From: Thermodesulfobacteriota bacterium
GTDB taxonomy: Bacteria > Desulfobacterota_D > UBA1144 > Nemesobacterales > Nemesobacteraceae
DNA: 64,000 bases
Assembly: GCA_965209225.1 (NCBI GenBank)
Contig: OZ242379.1
Location: 405,986-469,985 of the forward strand
Direction: 5' to 3'
Shown here one piece after another: positions 1-9,544 of this stretch (position 1 is its first letter; each line of letters begins with the position of its first letter). The position numbers were made by a program, and so were the translations under genes. Below the pieces are notes generated by a model. The model ran no database searches. It was not told the DNA's origin and saw only the letters and a program-made list of their open reading frames with translations.

Positions 1-500
1 GCTCCGCACAGCATGTGATGATAATACGTAACGCTGCCGTTGCGGTGATGCTTCTCGCAGCAGTTATCGCAGTGTACGCTCGGGGAGGAGAAAAACCCCG
101 TGCCGTCCACTGAAAGCAGATAATGACCGTCTATATACTCATAGCCTTCAAGCCCCTTGCCCCTTTGCAGTTTCCCAAACAGCTTTCTGAAAGCTCCGCG
201 TATATCTCTTGGGTCAAGCTCATCAAGACGCTTTCTCATCCCCGAATCTGAAGGAACATTCGAAACTCTGTACAGACTTTCGAGATTCGAGCGTACCCTG
301 TCCTTGTCCTCATCATGCGCGGCCTCGTCAAAAGCAAGCAGGGAAGGGTATTTCAGGGAAAACACGGCAAGCGCCGACATCAGGTAATCAGGCAGAGTGA
401 AACTGCGGCCTGAGACGGCGTCATCTATTTTTTTAAAACTGTTGTGGGCAACGTGGAGCAGCCCCGGTTTGCTCAGCGTTTTACGCAAACGTTCCTTCAT
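1..500 (-). CDS. IS-A DDE transposase, first 166 codons only (the gene runs off the window start)
   Basis: The start codon (CAT on the + strand) is at 498..500. The sequence is near-identical to the 5' end of CDS 45758..47092. Confidence 0.85.
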   Translation of the reverse strand, partial: MKERLRKTLSKPGLLHVAHNSFKKIDDAVSGRSFTLPDYLMSALAVFSLKYPSLLAFDEAAHDEDKDRVRSNLESLYRVSNVPSDSGMRKRLDELDPRDIRGAFRKLFGKLQRGKGLEGYEYIDGHYLLSVDGTGFFSSPSVHCDNCCEKHHRNGSVTYYHHMLCG

Positions 501-676
501 AGTCCACCTCCGGCAGTAAACTATAGTTGTTGTTCCAGACAATCAGTGTACCATATCGGGAGAGGGAACGCTGGAAAAAGCGGGAGTTTCTGCTTGAAAT
601 CGGCTTGAAAGTTTACGAAAACAAAATCCTGAACCCCTTTATTTTAAGGGGTTTTAGGACTTAGTGGGAATTGCTG
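1..676 (-). mobile_element. Window-truncated copy of a DDE-transposase IS (called IS-A here). It is inverted relative to the full copy at 44262..47323.
   Basis: Bases 1..676 are the reverse complement of the transposase 5' part (45758 onward) plus the leader (44262..44418 and 45738..45757) of the second copy, with only a few substitutions and one small indel. The terminal 17-bp IR CTTAGTGGGAATTGCTG ends at 676. Confidence 0.9.
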
Positions 677-865
677 GAGAAAGATCTTCAATATCCCGGA
701 CCTTCCAAACCGGCTTAATCACTTCCCATACTCCAGTTCCGGCAAAGAAAACCCGGAATCTAACCAAGTTTTGCACCCATAGATTAATAGGTGCGTCTGA
801 CTTGAAGTTCAAAATCTGTTTTCCCATGATACCTGTATCTATCAGCATAACAGGAGGCAGATATC

Positions 866-2032
866 ATGTACACGGGGAAACTGGTTTTCTCTCAGCTCAT
901 GGATCATCTTCCGCGGGACACCTTCCACAGATACGTAAAACGTTACAACGGCAATCATAAAGTCAAATCATTCTTCTGCGCAGAACAGTATCGCTGCATG
1001 GCCTTTGCCCAGCTTACCTACAGAGAAAGCCTCCGTGATGTAGAATCATGTCTTCGGGCCCAACAAGCACGACTCTACCATATAGGAATCAAAGGTTCCG
1101 TATCACGTAACACCCTTGCCAATGCAAACAAAGTTCGCAACTGGCAAATCTACGCAGATTTCGCACAGCACCTTATCCGTAAAGCCCACTTGCTCTATCG
1201 TGACGATGAAAGCGGGCTTGATATCCCCGATACGATCTATGCACTGGACTCTTCGACCATAGACCTCTGTCTCAACTTGTTTCCCTGGGCCAATTTCCGA
1301 AGAACCAAATCAGCCGTAAAACTCCATACCCTCCTTGATCTGCAAACCTATATCCCTGCCTTCATTCACATTTCCGATGGCAAACTCCACGATGTCAATA
1401 TTCTGGACAGGATTATCCTCGAACCCGGAGCCTTTTATATTATGGACAGAGCTTACCTCGACTTCACCCGCCTGTATCGTCTCCACCAATCCAGATGCTT
1501 TTTTGTTCTGCGAGCCAAAAAGAACACCCGGTACCGACGGATTAAATCCCACAAGGTGGATCGTTCCACAGGACTTATCTACGACTGGACAATTAAACTC
1601 TCAGGCCCAAAGAGCATCAAAGATTTCCCCGAACACCTGCGTGCAGTTAAGTATCGGGATAAGGAACGTAATAAGAAACTGATCTTCATCACGAATAACT
1701 TCTCGCTTCCTGCCATTACCATTTGCGAACTGTACAGAAATCGCTGGCACGTTGAGCTGTTCTTCAAGTGGATCAAGCAGCACCTGAGAATCAAGAGTTT
1801 CTACGGAACCTCGGAGAATGCCGTGAAGTCCCAGATATGGATAGCGGTTTCGGTTTATGTGCTCATAGCCATCATAAAAAAGCGTCTTGGGCTTGAGCAG
1901 AGTTTCCACACAATTCTGCAGGTTTTGAGCTTGACCCTGTTTGAAAAAATACCGTTAAATCAGCTACTTACGAAAGGGCTGGATTTGTCTCCAGACCCAG
2001 CGTATCATAACCAACTGAAATTGTTTGATTAA
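866..2032 (+). CDS. IS4-family transposase with a DUF4372-type N-terminus
   Basis: 388-aa ORF. The N-terminus MYTGKLVFSQLMDHLP...AFAQLTYRESLRDVESCL is typical of this group. DDE-like blocks are ALDSSTIDL, FYIMDRAYLDF and YRNRWHVELFFKWIKQHL. The element ends were not resolved. Confidence 0.85.
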   Translation: MYTGKLVFSQLMDHLPRDTFHRYVKRYNGNHKVKSFFCAEQYRCMAFAQLTYRESLRDVESCLRAQQARLYHIGIKGSVSRNTLANANKVRNWQIYADFAQHLIRKAHLLYRDDESGLDIPDTIYALDSSTIDLCLNLFPWANFRRTKSAVKLHTLLDLQTYIPAFIHISDGKLHDVNILDRIILEPGAFYIMDRAYLDFTRLYRLHQSRCFFVLRAKKNTRYRRIKSHKVDRSTGLIYDWTIKLSGPKSIKDFPEHLRAVKYRDKERNKKLIFITNNFSLPAITICELYRNRWHVELFFKWIKQHLRIKSFYGTSENAVKSQIWIAVSVYVLIAIIKKRLGLEQSFHTILQVLSLTLFEKIPLNQLLTKGLDLSPDPAYHNQLKLFD

Positions 2033-2551
2033 ACGTTGGGACACTAGTGTACTTGCAATATTAATCTACCAAACCCTCAAATTCCCGCAAATCTGACGTA
2101 CACCTCAAAAACTTGCCCTCCTGAAAATCAAAAACCCAAAAAACGACAGCATCCTGCGACCCGAGGAGTTCCTGCCATAAAGAACCACCAGAAGAAGATT
2201 TGAAATGATTGTTTTGCCGAATTCCCATTACGTTTAAATTGTTGTATAATTGGATTTGGAATGGTTACCAAGCTCGGCAGTAGGCAATCCACCACCGATT
2301 CCGTTTTCGTTTTGATGCTCATCGGCATTTGCAAATCAAATGTTTTTACCCACTGCACTCACCAGGATTTCTCATTTTCCCCAATGCGTTGTTCCTTCAC
2401 TCCGGTTCGTCTTGCCATCGCATGGAACTGTTCTCGCGTTTGAAAAAATCGGGAAGAATTTTCTTGACACAACTTCCCGTTCAGAAATGCGGGAAGATTC
2501 GCTTGTGCAGAGTCACAGCATGATTCTAACAACCCTTCTTTCCCGTGAAGG

Positions 2552-3265
2552 TTGTTTTCTGGATACCAAAAAGCGGGCGGTGACTGGCGTATGAGCGTTT
2601 CCGTCGGGCAAGAGGTCTATAATCATGGCAAATTTCCTTGCTCGGGAGTCGGAATTGCTTGGAAATCCGAGGAACTTGACGAAGCCGTCAACGGGCCAGT
2701 CGCCGCTGCCTTGTTTGATGAATCTGGTAAAAACAGTATCAGAGAAATGGTTGCCGGAATTCCCGAGACCGAGTTTGAGCGTAAGGCACTTGATGATATG
2801 CTGAATGACCCCCAAGAAGTTGAGGACTGGCGCGTAGGGGAGGCGATTGCTGAAACTTATCTGACGCATCATCGCTCTTGCGAGTTCCCTTGGCCCTCTG
2901 CCCGTGACAAAAAAAGCATCGGATCAAGCCTTCCCGGTGCCGACCTCGCGGGATTCGGAACAGACGGCGAGGGAGGCTGTTTCGCTTTCGGAGAGGTAAA
3001 GACATCAAGCGATGGAAATTATCCGCCCGGGGTAATGTACGGTAGGACGGGCATGAAGCGGCAGCTTGAGAACTTAAGAGACAAACCCAGTGTACGGAAA
3101 GACCTTGTTATGTATCTGGCCCACCGAGTCAGACTTTGCGGTTCTGAGTCGAGATTCCGAGTTGCTTTCGGGCGGTATTTAAAAAATCCGTCCGATGTAC
3201 AGATCTACGGCGTTTTGATCCGGGATGTTCGACCGGATGTCAGAGATCCCGTATTATTCACGTAG
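2552..3265 (+). pseudogene. PD-(D/E)xK nuclease-like gene (HamA/DUF1837-like candidate), 5' part. Native sequence runs to 3247; the last 6 codons and the stop come from the inserted IS.
   Basis: The ORF has the layout VGEAIAE ... PGADLAGF ... FAFGEVKTS, which fits E / D / ExK. The reading frame enters the IS1380 IR at 3248. Alternative start ATG at 2591. Confidence 0.7.
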
Positions 3266-5025
3266 GGGCGGGAACCCTTGACATGATCCCCCTAATAATG
3301 TAGTGTTTTAAGTGAGTTAAACTCAAAAACACACAAAAAAGGAGGATCATCCCATGGGTGAAAAAACTCTATCAGATATTTCCCCGTCTTTCAACAAATC
3401 AATCAAGGTAAACTTCGGTGAACAAAACCTCACCTCCCACTCAGGTTCCCTCCTTATCCGCGAAACAATGGAAGCTACGGGAATAATGAAGTGGCTTGCT
3501 TCCAGGATGAAAGACCCGCGCAAACCAAACAAAGTCAAACACTCTCTCACTGAGATCCTCCACACTTATATGCTCCTGCTCTGCCAAGGACTCTCAGACC
3601 AGCAGGACACAGAAAGGGTAACAGACGACCCCGCCATGCTTGTGAGCAACAAAACCGAGCGAGGCGCAAAATCCCTTTTGAAGAATCTTCCCTCTCAGCC
3701 GACACTCTCTCGCGCTCTTGGTGTTCTGAGTTCCAGGGAAAATCTGAGGGTGCTCAATGAGTGTGTCTTTGAACTTGCCCGACGTCGCATTATTCTTGCA
3801 AACAACGGCAAAAAGAAAGATTCAATGATTATTGACGTTGACGGACTCCCGGTACAAACCGAAGGCCATCAGCCTGGGTCTGTATACAACGGACACTACA
3901 GAAAAACCATCTACCACACTCTGGTTGCGAGCAACGCCGAAGAGGGAGACATGTTCGGGGGAGTTGTGCGTCCCGGAAACGTCTCTTCGAAGAACGGAGC
4001 GGTGGAATTCATACGCGATCTTGTAGAGCGCTGCAAAAAAAGTCTGAGTGAAAGCATAACGCTTCGCATGGACGCCGGTTTCTGCGACGGGGATATGTGC
4101 GGTGAGCTTGAGGGTATGGGGGTTGAGTACATGATGCGCATAAAATCAAACAATGTTCTTGAAACCATGGCGGCTCCATGGGTAAGACATCGGAACCTGC
4201 TGACCTGTTACGATGAACATGGAACGTGGTGTGAGGAGCTTGAGTACGGAGCTAAATCATGGAATCGCAAAAGACGGGTAATTCTTGTGATGGTGAAAAG
4301 TTCTGAAGATTTTTTCATCACAAACCATTTCTTTCTCGTAACCAGTCTTGGAAGAGAATACAGCGTGGGGGACGTTCTTGCTCTGTACAGGAAGAGAGGT
4401 AAGACCGAAGCGCACATGGGAGAGATGATGGACGTGCTGAATCCTTCTCTCAGCTCTTCACCCAGAGAGAAGAGCCATTACAGGGGCAAGGATATAGAGC
4501 GTGAGAAAACAGAAGAGAAGCGGGAGGAGGACAAGGAAGAAGTTTATCCTCAGAATCAGGCGCTGTTCCTGCTCAATCTGCTTGCGTATGAAGTAATGCA
4601 CACGGGGCGGTGTCTTATTGAGGATGTCGGCGGAAGGGGTTTCAGTCTCAGGCGCTACAGGGAACGTGTTCTGCTTTGCGCGGCGAGGGTGGCGCGAAGC
4701 GCGAGGAGGATAGTCTTCACGGTGGCCCGAAGTGGCAAGGAGTACTGGCTGATGCTGTGGGAGAAGCTCAGTACCATGCAATGGGTTGGCGCCTGAGACC
4801 CGAAGGCGTCGGTTTGTAAAAATATTGTCAGGCTTTGGGGGAGAGGTGCGGTCAAAAAAGGTCTGAAGAAGTCCGAATTCGGGGAAATCCTGTGAAAAGA
4901 CTGTTTCCGTAGCACAAATCGAGCGTCGAGGTTCTCAAATCCCGGTAATTCTCCTTATGCGCTACGCAAAATACGGAAAATTCCTCGCCTTGTGGTATGC
5001 TGCTACCTTACGTGAATAATCCGGG
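3248..5025 (+). mobile_element. IS1380-family insertion sequence (1778 bp)
   Basis: Terminal IRs are CCCGTATTATTCACGTAGG (3248 onward) and the reverse complement of CCTTACGTGAATAATCCGGG (ending at 5025), about 17 of 19 matching and starting with CC. A direct 5-bp TSD GAGAT lies at 3243..3247 and 5026..5030. The element encodes the transposase at 3354..4796. Confidence 0.85.
3354..4796 (+). CDS. IS1380-family DDE transposase
   Basis: 480 aa. The N-terminal block NLTSHSGSLLIRETMEATGI ... DDPAML resembles ISEcp1/IS1380-type transposases. A strong SD (AGGAGGA) precedes the ATG. Confidence 0.8.
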   Translation: MGEKTLSDISPSFNKSIKVNFGEQNLTSHSGSLLIRETMEATGIMKWLASRMKDPRKPNKVKHSLTEILHTYMLLLCQGLSDQQDTERVTDDPAMLVSNKTERGAKSLLKNLPSQPTLSRALGVLSSRENLRVLNECVFELARRRIILANNGKKKDSMIIDVDGLPVQTEGHQPGSVYNGHYRKTIYHTLVASNAEEGDMFGGVVRPGNVSSKNGAVEFIRDLVERCKKSLSESITLRMDAGFCDGDMCGELEGMGVEYMMRIKSNNVLETMAAPWVRHRNLLTCYDEHGTWCEELEYGAKSWNRKRRVILVMVKSSEDFFITNHFFLVTSLGREYSVGDVLALYRKRGKTEAHMGEMMDVLNPSLSSSPREKSHYRGKDIEREKTEEKREEDKEEVYPQNQALFLLNLLAYEVMHTGRCLIEDVGGRGFSLRRYRERVLLCAARVARSARRIVFTVARSGKEYWLMLWEKLSTMQWVGA

Positions 5026-5030
5026 GAGAT

Positions 5031-5174
5031 ATACGGGCTAGGGTGGACAAAATGGCGGAGAATTGCCCGGAAGGAACCAGCATAGAGTTGCTGGCAGTCT
5101 ACCTGCCACAAGGTAAAATCGCGGAACTCGGTCGCAAAGGAACTTCGGAACAAAAAGAGGTAGGCACGACATGA
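5031..5174 (+). pseudogene. 3' remnant (47 codons plus stop) of the interrupted nuclease-like gene
   Basis: Removing 3248..5030 joins ...AGA GAT to ATA CGG ... in frame with no stop. The frame ends at TGA 5172..5174, which overlaps the helicase ATG at 5171 (ATGA). Confidence 0.75.
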
Positions 5175-8100
5175 GCTTGTCAAGAGAATCCATCGAAAAA
5201 CTCAGTTCCCACTGGGCCGTAGCCATAATTGAAAGTAAAGACTTGAACCGCGCGGAGGAAATTGTAGGCGAACGTCTCGTGCAAAAAGCGGTCGGGAGAC
5301 AGATCAGTTTTTCTTTCGTCCATACGGAGCAGGAAGACGATGCCCTGCTGGAGCGGGTTGTTCTGGCCTATGAGATGGCAGCGATCGAGGGATTGGAAGA
5401 ACTTAGCAGGGCTTCTGGAAGTGACAAGGAACTCCGCGATCAGGCTATCGCTGCCGCATACAGCGCTTTTAATATCCGGCGTGTCCTTTCCGTTTCCGCC
5501 GACACTCAGGAGCGCCTGTTTCAAGTTTTTCATCTCTCGGCGCTGGCATACTGCGGCGACCGATGGTCTGATTTGCGACGCTGGTACAACGAAAATGAAG
5601 AATATCTGAAAATCCCCAGCGTGGCGAAGGTGTCATGGGACTGCCGAGTTCTCTATCGCCTGTTCGACTGCTGGATAAGGTTGTTCCGCAAAAAAGGGTG
5701 GGACGATCTTGATCGTATTCGCGAGATTGTAGCGGGGTTGCGGGATGACCAGAAAACTCATGAGGAATCTTACCTCGAAAACGGTTCACGATCCGCTGGC
5801 CGTGCGGTTATCTTGCGCCTAGTGGCCCTGTATCACTGGGCCAAAGCCACAGAAGTACTTGCGCTTTATATGCTGCAGGGAGAACCGGCAGATGTTTTCG
5901 GCCAGATTGAGAAACACTTTGAGGCCGCGGTTAAGGCAGCCGCGGCGTCGGGGGACGCCCAGCACGAGATGACTCTCCGCTGGCTACATGCCGCCGGCAG
6001 AATGATGGTGACCAATTCGCTCTGGTGGGCTACGCGCACTGTCAACTCGAAAACTTCGGACTTCGTCAGTTCCCTTACCAGAAACGAACATCGGGCGTTG
6101 TTTGAACTGCTGCCGCCGCAACGCGCCGCGCTGCTTGAGCAGGGACTTCTGGATCAGGCCAAAACTGCTATTGTTATAGATCTTCCCACATCCGGAGGGA
6201 AAACTTTACTCGCCCAGTTCCGCATTCTTCAGGCCCTGAACCAGTTCGGCGCGGACCATGGCTGGGTAGCTTATGTCGCCCCCACCCGTGCGCTCTCGGC
6301 TCAGATCACCCGGCGCCTGCGCCGGGATTTCGAGCCTATCAACGTCAAGGTTGAGCAGCTTACCGCTGCCGTCGAAGTAGATGCGTTTGAAGAACGTCTG
6401 TTGGCCGACAGCGACGATTCGTTTGACGTGCTGGTGTCCACACCCGAAAAACTTTCCCTAGTTATCAGGAACAGAAAGATCGGGCGACCCTTGGCACTGG
6501 TTGTCATGGACGAAGCACACAACCTTGAGACCGAAGGACGCGGACTGCGCATCGAGCTTTTGCTTGCGACCGTGAAGCGCGACTGTTCCCAAGCTAATTT
6601 CCTGCTCCTTATGCCTTATGTGGAAGATACAGAGTCAATAGCCAACTGGCTGGCTCAGGATATCAGCGCCGGGCGGGCGATCAGCCTAGGTACAACCGCA
6701 TGGAAACCCAACGAACGGATTATAGGACTCTACAGCGCGGTTGCGGATGAAAGCGAGCGCGGCGGCTGGCGGCTCAATTACGAAACTCTGACGGTTACTC
6801 AAAAGGCCGTACCTCTGCGCGGCGTTCACCGCGTCGGCAAAGTCCGTCCGATTCCGTCTGTCTCCCGCAGCAAGGTCATTGACAGCAAAGGAAAACAAAA
6901 AGGACTTATTACACAGACCGTAGCCATGGCCGCGATACTTTCTGACCGCCACTCCAGCACTGCGACCAGCATTGCCTTGGCAAACAACATTAACTGGATC
7001 TGGAATATGGCAAGACACGCCGCGGAGACTCTTCCAGAATATGAAACTGTCCCCGAAAATGTTCGGCTTGTACAAGATTTTCTGAGAACGGAAGTGAGCC
7101 CCGATTTCGAACTGGTCTCCATGCTGAATCATGGTGTCGGCGTTCACAACGCAGGACTTTCCGACGAAGTGCGTTCCCTGATGGAATGGCTGGCCGAAAA
7201 CGGCAATCTGAAGGTTTTGTGCGCCACATCGACCATTGCTCAGGGAATTAATTTCCCTGTTTCTTCGGTATTCCTTGCTTCTCACTCCACGTACAAAGAC
7301 GGTCTCTGGGTTCCAATGTCTCCGCGTGAGTTCTGGAACCTAGCTGGCAGGGCGGGGCGGATTGATCATGATACGGTTGGCGTGGTCGGACTCGCTAAGG
7401 GGGAAAATGCCGAAGAAATTACCAAATTTGTAAGCCGCAGCACTGGTGCGCTGGTTTCACGGCTTGTGACGTTGCTTGACGAACTTGCCGAGCAGGGTTC
7501 TCTGAATGACCTGTCCGGCGTGTTCTGGCAAGATCAATGGGAAGATTTCCGTTGCTACATAGCTCACATGTGCGCCGAGAAAAAAGATATTGAGACAGTT
7601 GTCAGAGATTCCGAGCAGCTCCTTCGCCAGACTTACGGATATACTTCTCTTCGCAATGATCCCGAGCAAGCCGGAAAGGCCGAAGCACTATTAGACGCAA
7701 CCCAGAAATACGCCCGGGACCTAGCGAAAAAACCTGGTATCGCGCAGCTTGCGGATTCAACGGGATTTTCGCCTGAAGGAGTCAGCAAGGCCATTACCGG
7801 GCTCGGCAATCTTGAAAACAGGCTGGATCTCTCCGACTGGACGCCCGACGGCCTGTTCGGCGACAACCCTAAAATGGCTGACTTGTTCGGTGTTATGCTC
7901 AAAGTTCCGCAACTTAAGAAACATCTGGAAGAGATCAGCGCAAGTGGGTTTGACTATTCTCATTTATCCAACATCACTGTTGACTGGGTAAACGGGAAAC
8001 GGTTGAAGGAAATTGCGGAAAACTACTTCAGCAAAAATGACGGACAGTTGATGACTGATGACCTGACGAAAACATGCAAGGCCATTTATCGTGCAATCGT

Positions 8101-8464
8101 GAGCAACGGTACTTGGGGAATATCCGCCCTAAGCAAGATGTCCGGTAAGGATCTCAGCAAACTGACCGAGGCAGAGCGCTTCAGGATTAACGCCGTTCCG
8201 GCCATGGTATACCATGGGGTCCGCTCCGAAGACGCTGTCTTGATGCGGATGAACTCAGTTCCCCGTAGCGCTTCCGAAGCGTTGGGAATTTTGTATCGGG
8301 ATGTTAGCGACGATGAAGAAGACCGCTATTCCGTAAGCCGTGCACGGTCATTCCTTAAGAATCTGGGAAAAGAAGATTGGAACGGCGTACGTCCAGAATA
8401 CGCACAGCTTTCAGGCAGTGATTACAAGAGGATTTGGGAAATTCTTTCGGGAGAGAGCAGTTGA
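5171..8464 (+). CDS. Superfamily-2 Ski2/Hel308-like DEAH helicase (HamB-like candidate), 1097 aa
   Basis: Walker A is DLPTSGGKT and motif II is VVMDEAHNLE. The helicase-C block is HGVGVHNAGLSDEVR...VLCATSTIAQGINFP...LAGRAGR. It also has a helical N-terminal region of about 320 aa and a C-terminal region of about 330 aa. Confidence 0.85.
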   Translation: MSLSRESIEKLSSHWAVAIIESKDLNRAEEIVGERLVQKAVGRQISFSFVHTEQEDDALLERVVLAYEMAAIEGLEELSRASGSDKELRDQAIAAAYSAFNIRRVLSVSADTQERLFQVFHLSALAYCGDRWSDLRRWYNENEEYLKIPSVAKVSWDCRVLYRLFDCWIRLFRKKGWDDLDRIREIVAGLRDDQKTHEESYLENGSRSAGRAVILRLVALYHWAKATEVLALYMLQGEPADVFGQIEKHFEAAVKAAAASGDAQHEMTLRWLHAAGRMMVTNSLWWATRTVNSKTSDFVSSLTRNEHRALFELLPPQRAALLEQGLLDQAKTAIVIDLPTSGGKTLLAQFRILQALNQFGADHGWVAYVAPTRALSAQITRRLRRDFEPINVKVEQLTAAVEVDAFEERLLADSDDSFDVLVSTPEKLSLVIRNRKIGRPLALVVMDEAHNLETEGRGLRIELLLATVKRDCSQANFLLLMPYVEDTESIANWLAQDISAGRAISLGTTAWKPNERIIGLYSAVADESERGGWRLNYETLTVTQKAVPLRGVHRVGKVRPIPSVSRSKVIDSKGKQKGLITQTVAMAAILSDRHSSTATSIALANNINWIWNMARHAAETLPEYETVPENVRLVQDFLRTEVSPDFELVSMLNHGVGVHNAGLSDEVRSLMEWLAENGNLKVLCATSTIAQGINFPVSSVFLASHSTYKDGLWVPMSPREFWNLAGRAGRIDHDTVGVVGLAKGENAEEITKFVSRSTGALVSRLVTLLDELAEQGSLNDLSGVFWQDQWEDFRCYIAHMCAEKKDIETVVRDSEQLLRQTYGYTSLRNDPEQAGKAEALLDATQKYARDLAKKPGIAQLADSTGFSPEGVSKAITGLGNLENRLDLSDWTPDGLFGDNPKMADLFGVMLKVPQLKKHLEEISASGFDYSHLSNITVDWVNGKRLKEIAENYFSKNDGQLMTDDLTKTCKAIYRAIVSNGTWGISALSKMSGKDLSKLTEAERFRINAVPAMVYHGVRSEDAVLMRMNSVPRSASEALGILYRDVSDDEEDRYSVSRARSFLKNLGKEDWNGVRPEYAQLSGSDYKRIWEILSGESS

Positions 8465-9133
8465 TGCACAATGTGGTGAAGTTATTCAAAACCTTCTCCA
8501 AGATGCTTGCTCAGTCCCGTCACTGTTGATGAAAGATATGTTTTGCTTGATCAAAATACTATAGTTTGGGTTTTTTATACACACTTTGTCTTGCGTCAAT
8601 CAACTTGGAACTTTTACTGCAATCAAGATGGTACCGTGAAAAGAAAGATGTCTGAAACAGAAATAGGGCTTCATCTATTAGTTAAAGTGCTGCCCTTCGG
8701 ACTTCAGTCGGCGACAGCTAAAATATCCGCAAACCGGAGATTTCGAGAAGCGTTATCGTCCACTTTGCCAAAGGATGCCCGAAGTCGCATGCGGGGTTAT
8801 CAGGAACAGAGTTGCGAATCTAAATACCGTGATTGGGATCGGCCAGTATGCTTCAAAATTCAGTAATGGAAATATTTAATCGCTACGCAACCTGATCAGA
8901 AAGCACGTAGAAGAGAGTGTTCAATATCTCTTGTAGCAGAATCAAAAAGTTTCGCTCTCTTAATTCTATATTCTAAGATTTGAAGTCTTATACCCTACTT
9001 TCCGCACAAAAAATATTCTTGTTTTCCCGATTTTTTGCTCTGTAACTGACTCATATTCCTGACAGTTTTTTTACGCCTTTCTACCCTTTTTTTCTCTCAA
9101 CTCCTTTTTGCCAGGAATTTTCCGTACAAAACC

Positions 9134-9511
9134 CTATTTCAACCAGGCTTTCTTCTCGGTCGAACTGCTTATTACCTCCGCCTCAAGCTCGTCAATTTCC
9201 GCCTGAATCGCTTTCTGAACTGCCCTGAGCTGCTGGCGGTACTTGCGGAACCTTCTTCTGCTCTCCGTCATGCTTTTAACCCACTGCACTTCTCCCTTCG
9301 CAACAGCTCTGGACTTTGAACTGGAACCCTGGAAAAAAACTATACGATCCAACGGATGACCATCCCCCCTCGCACACCAGCAGTTGGGCTTCCCGCACTT
9401 GCGATAAACAGTGCTGAACGAACCCCTGATCATCCCTCTGATTCCGACAATGGAGTTCAGCAGTTCAGCGTGTCTTAGTCCCAGCTGTTCAATCTGTTTT
9501 ATTCTTGACAT
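9134..9511 (-). CDS. Small CGKPNCxC-motif protein (DUF6788-like) carried inside the IS1634 element
   Basis: 125-aa ORF with RKCGKPNCWCARGDGHP and a C-terminal coiled-coil-like tail. It is divergent from the transposase, separated by 33 bp. Confidence 0.55.
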   Translation of the reverse strand: MSRIKQIEQLGLRHAELLNSIVGIRGMIRGSFSTVYRKCGKPNCWCARGDGHPLDRIVFFQGSSSKSRAVAKGEVQWVKSMTESRRRFRKYRQQLRAVQKAIQAEIDELEAEVISSSTEKKAWLK

Positions 9512-9536
9512 CTGTACTTGGTATAGTATATATAAT
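9505..9536 (+). promoter_or_regulatory. Sigma70-like promoter for the IS1634 transposase
   Basis: TTGACA lies at 9505..9510, with a TATATA/TATAAT run at 9527..9536 (spacer 16-18 nt). The 7-bp inverted repeat TCTGTAC/GTACAGA brackets the -10 region. The ATG at 9545 implies a very short or absent leader. Confidence 0.35.
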
Positions 9537-9544
9537 GTACAGAT

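Noticed and set aside
779-2069. Ends of the IS4 (DUF4372) element defined by the shared TAGATTAATA motif at about 780 and about 2060
   Set aside because: Only about 10 bp match, the motif is itself partly palindromic, and no TSD is visible. That is not enough to call boundaries, so only the transposase CDS is reported.
8507-8866. 119-aa plus-strand ORF downstream of the helicase
   Set aside because: It has no SD, an odd composition (W/C/Y-rich N-terminus) and no recognisable family. I treat it as non-coding and report the region as an unexplained tract instead.
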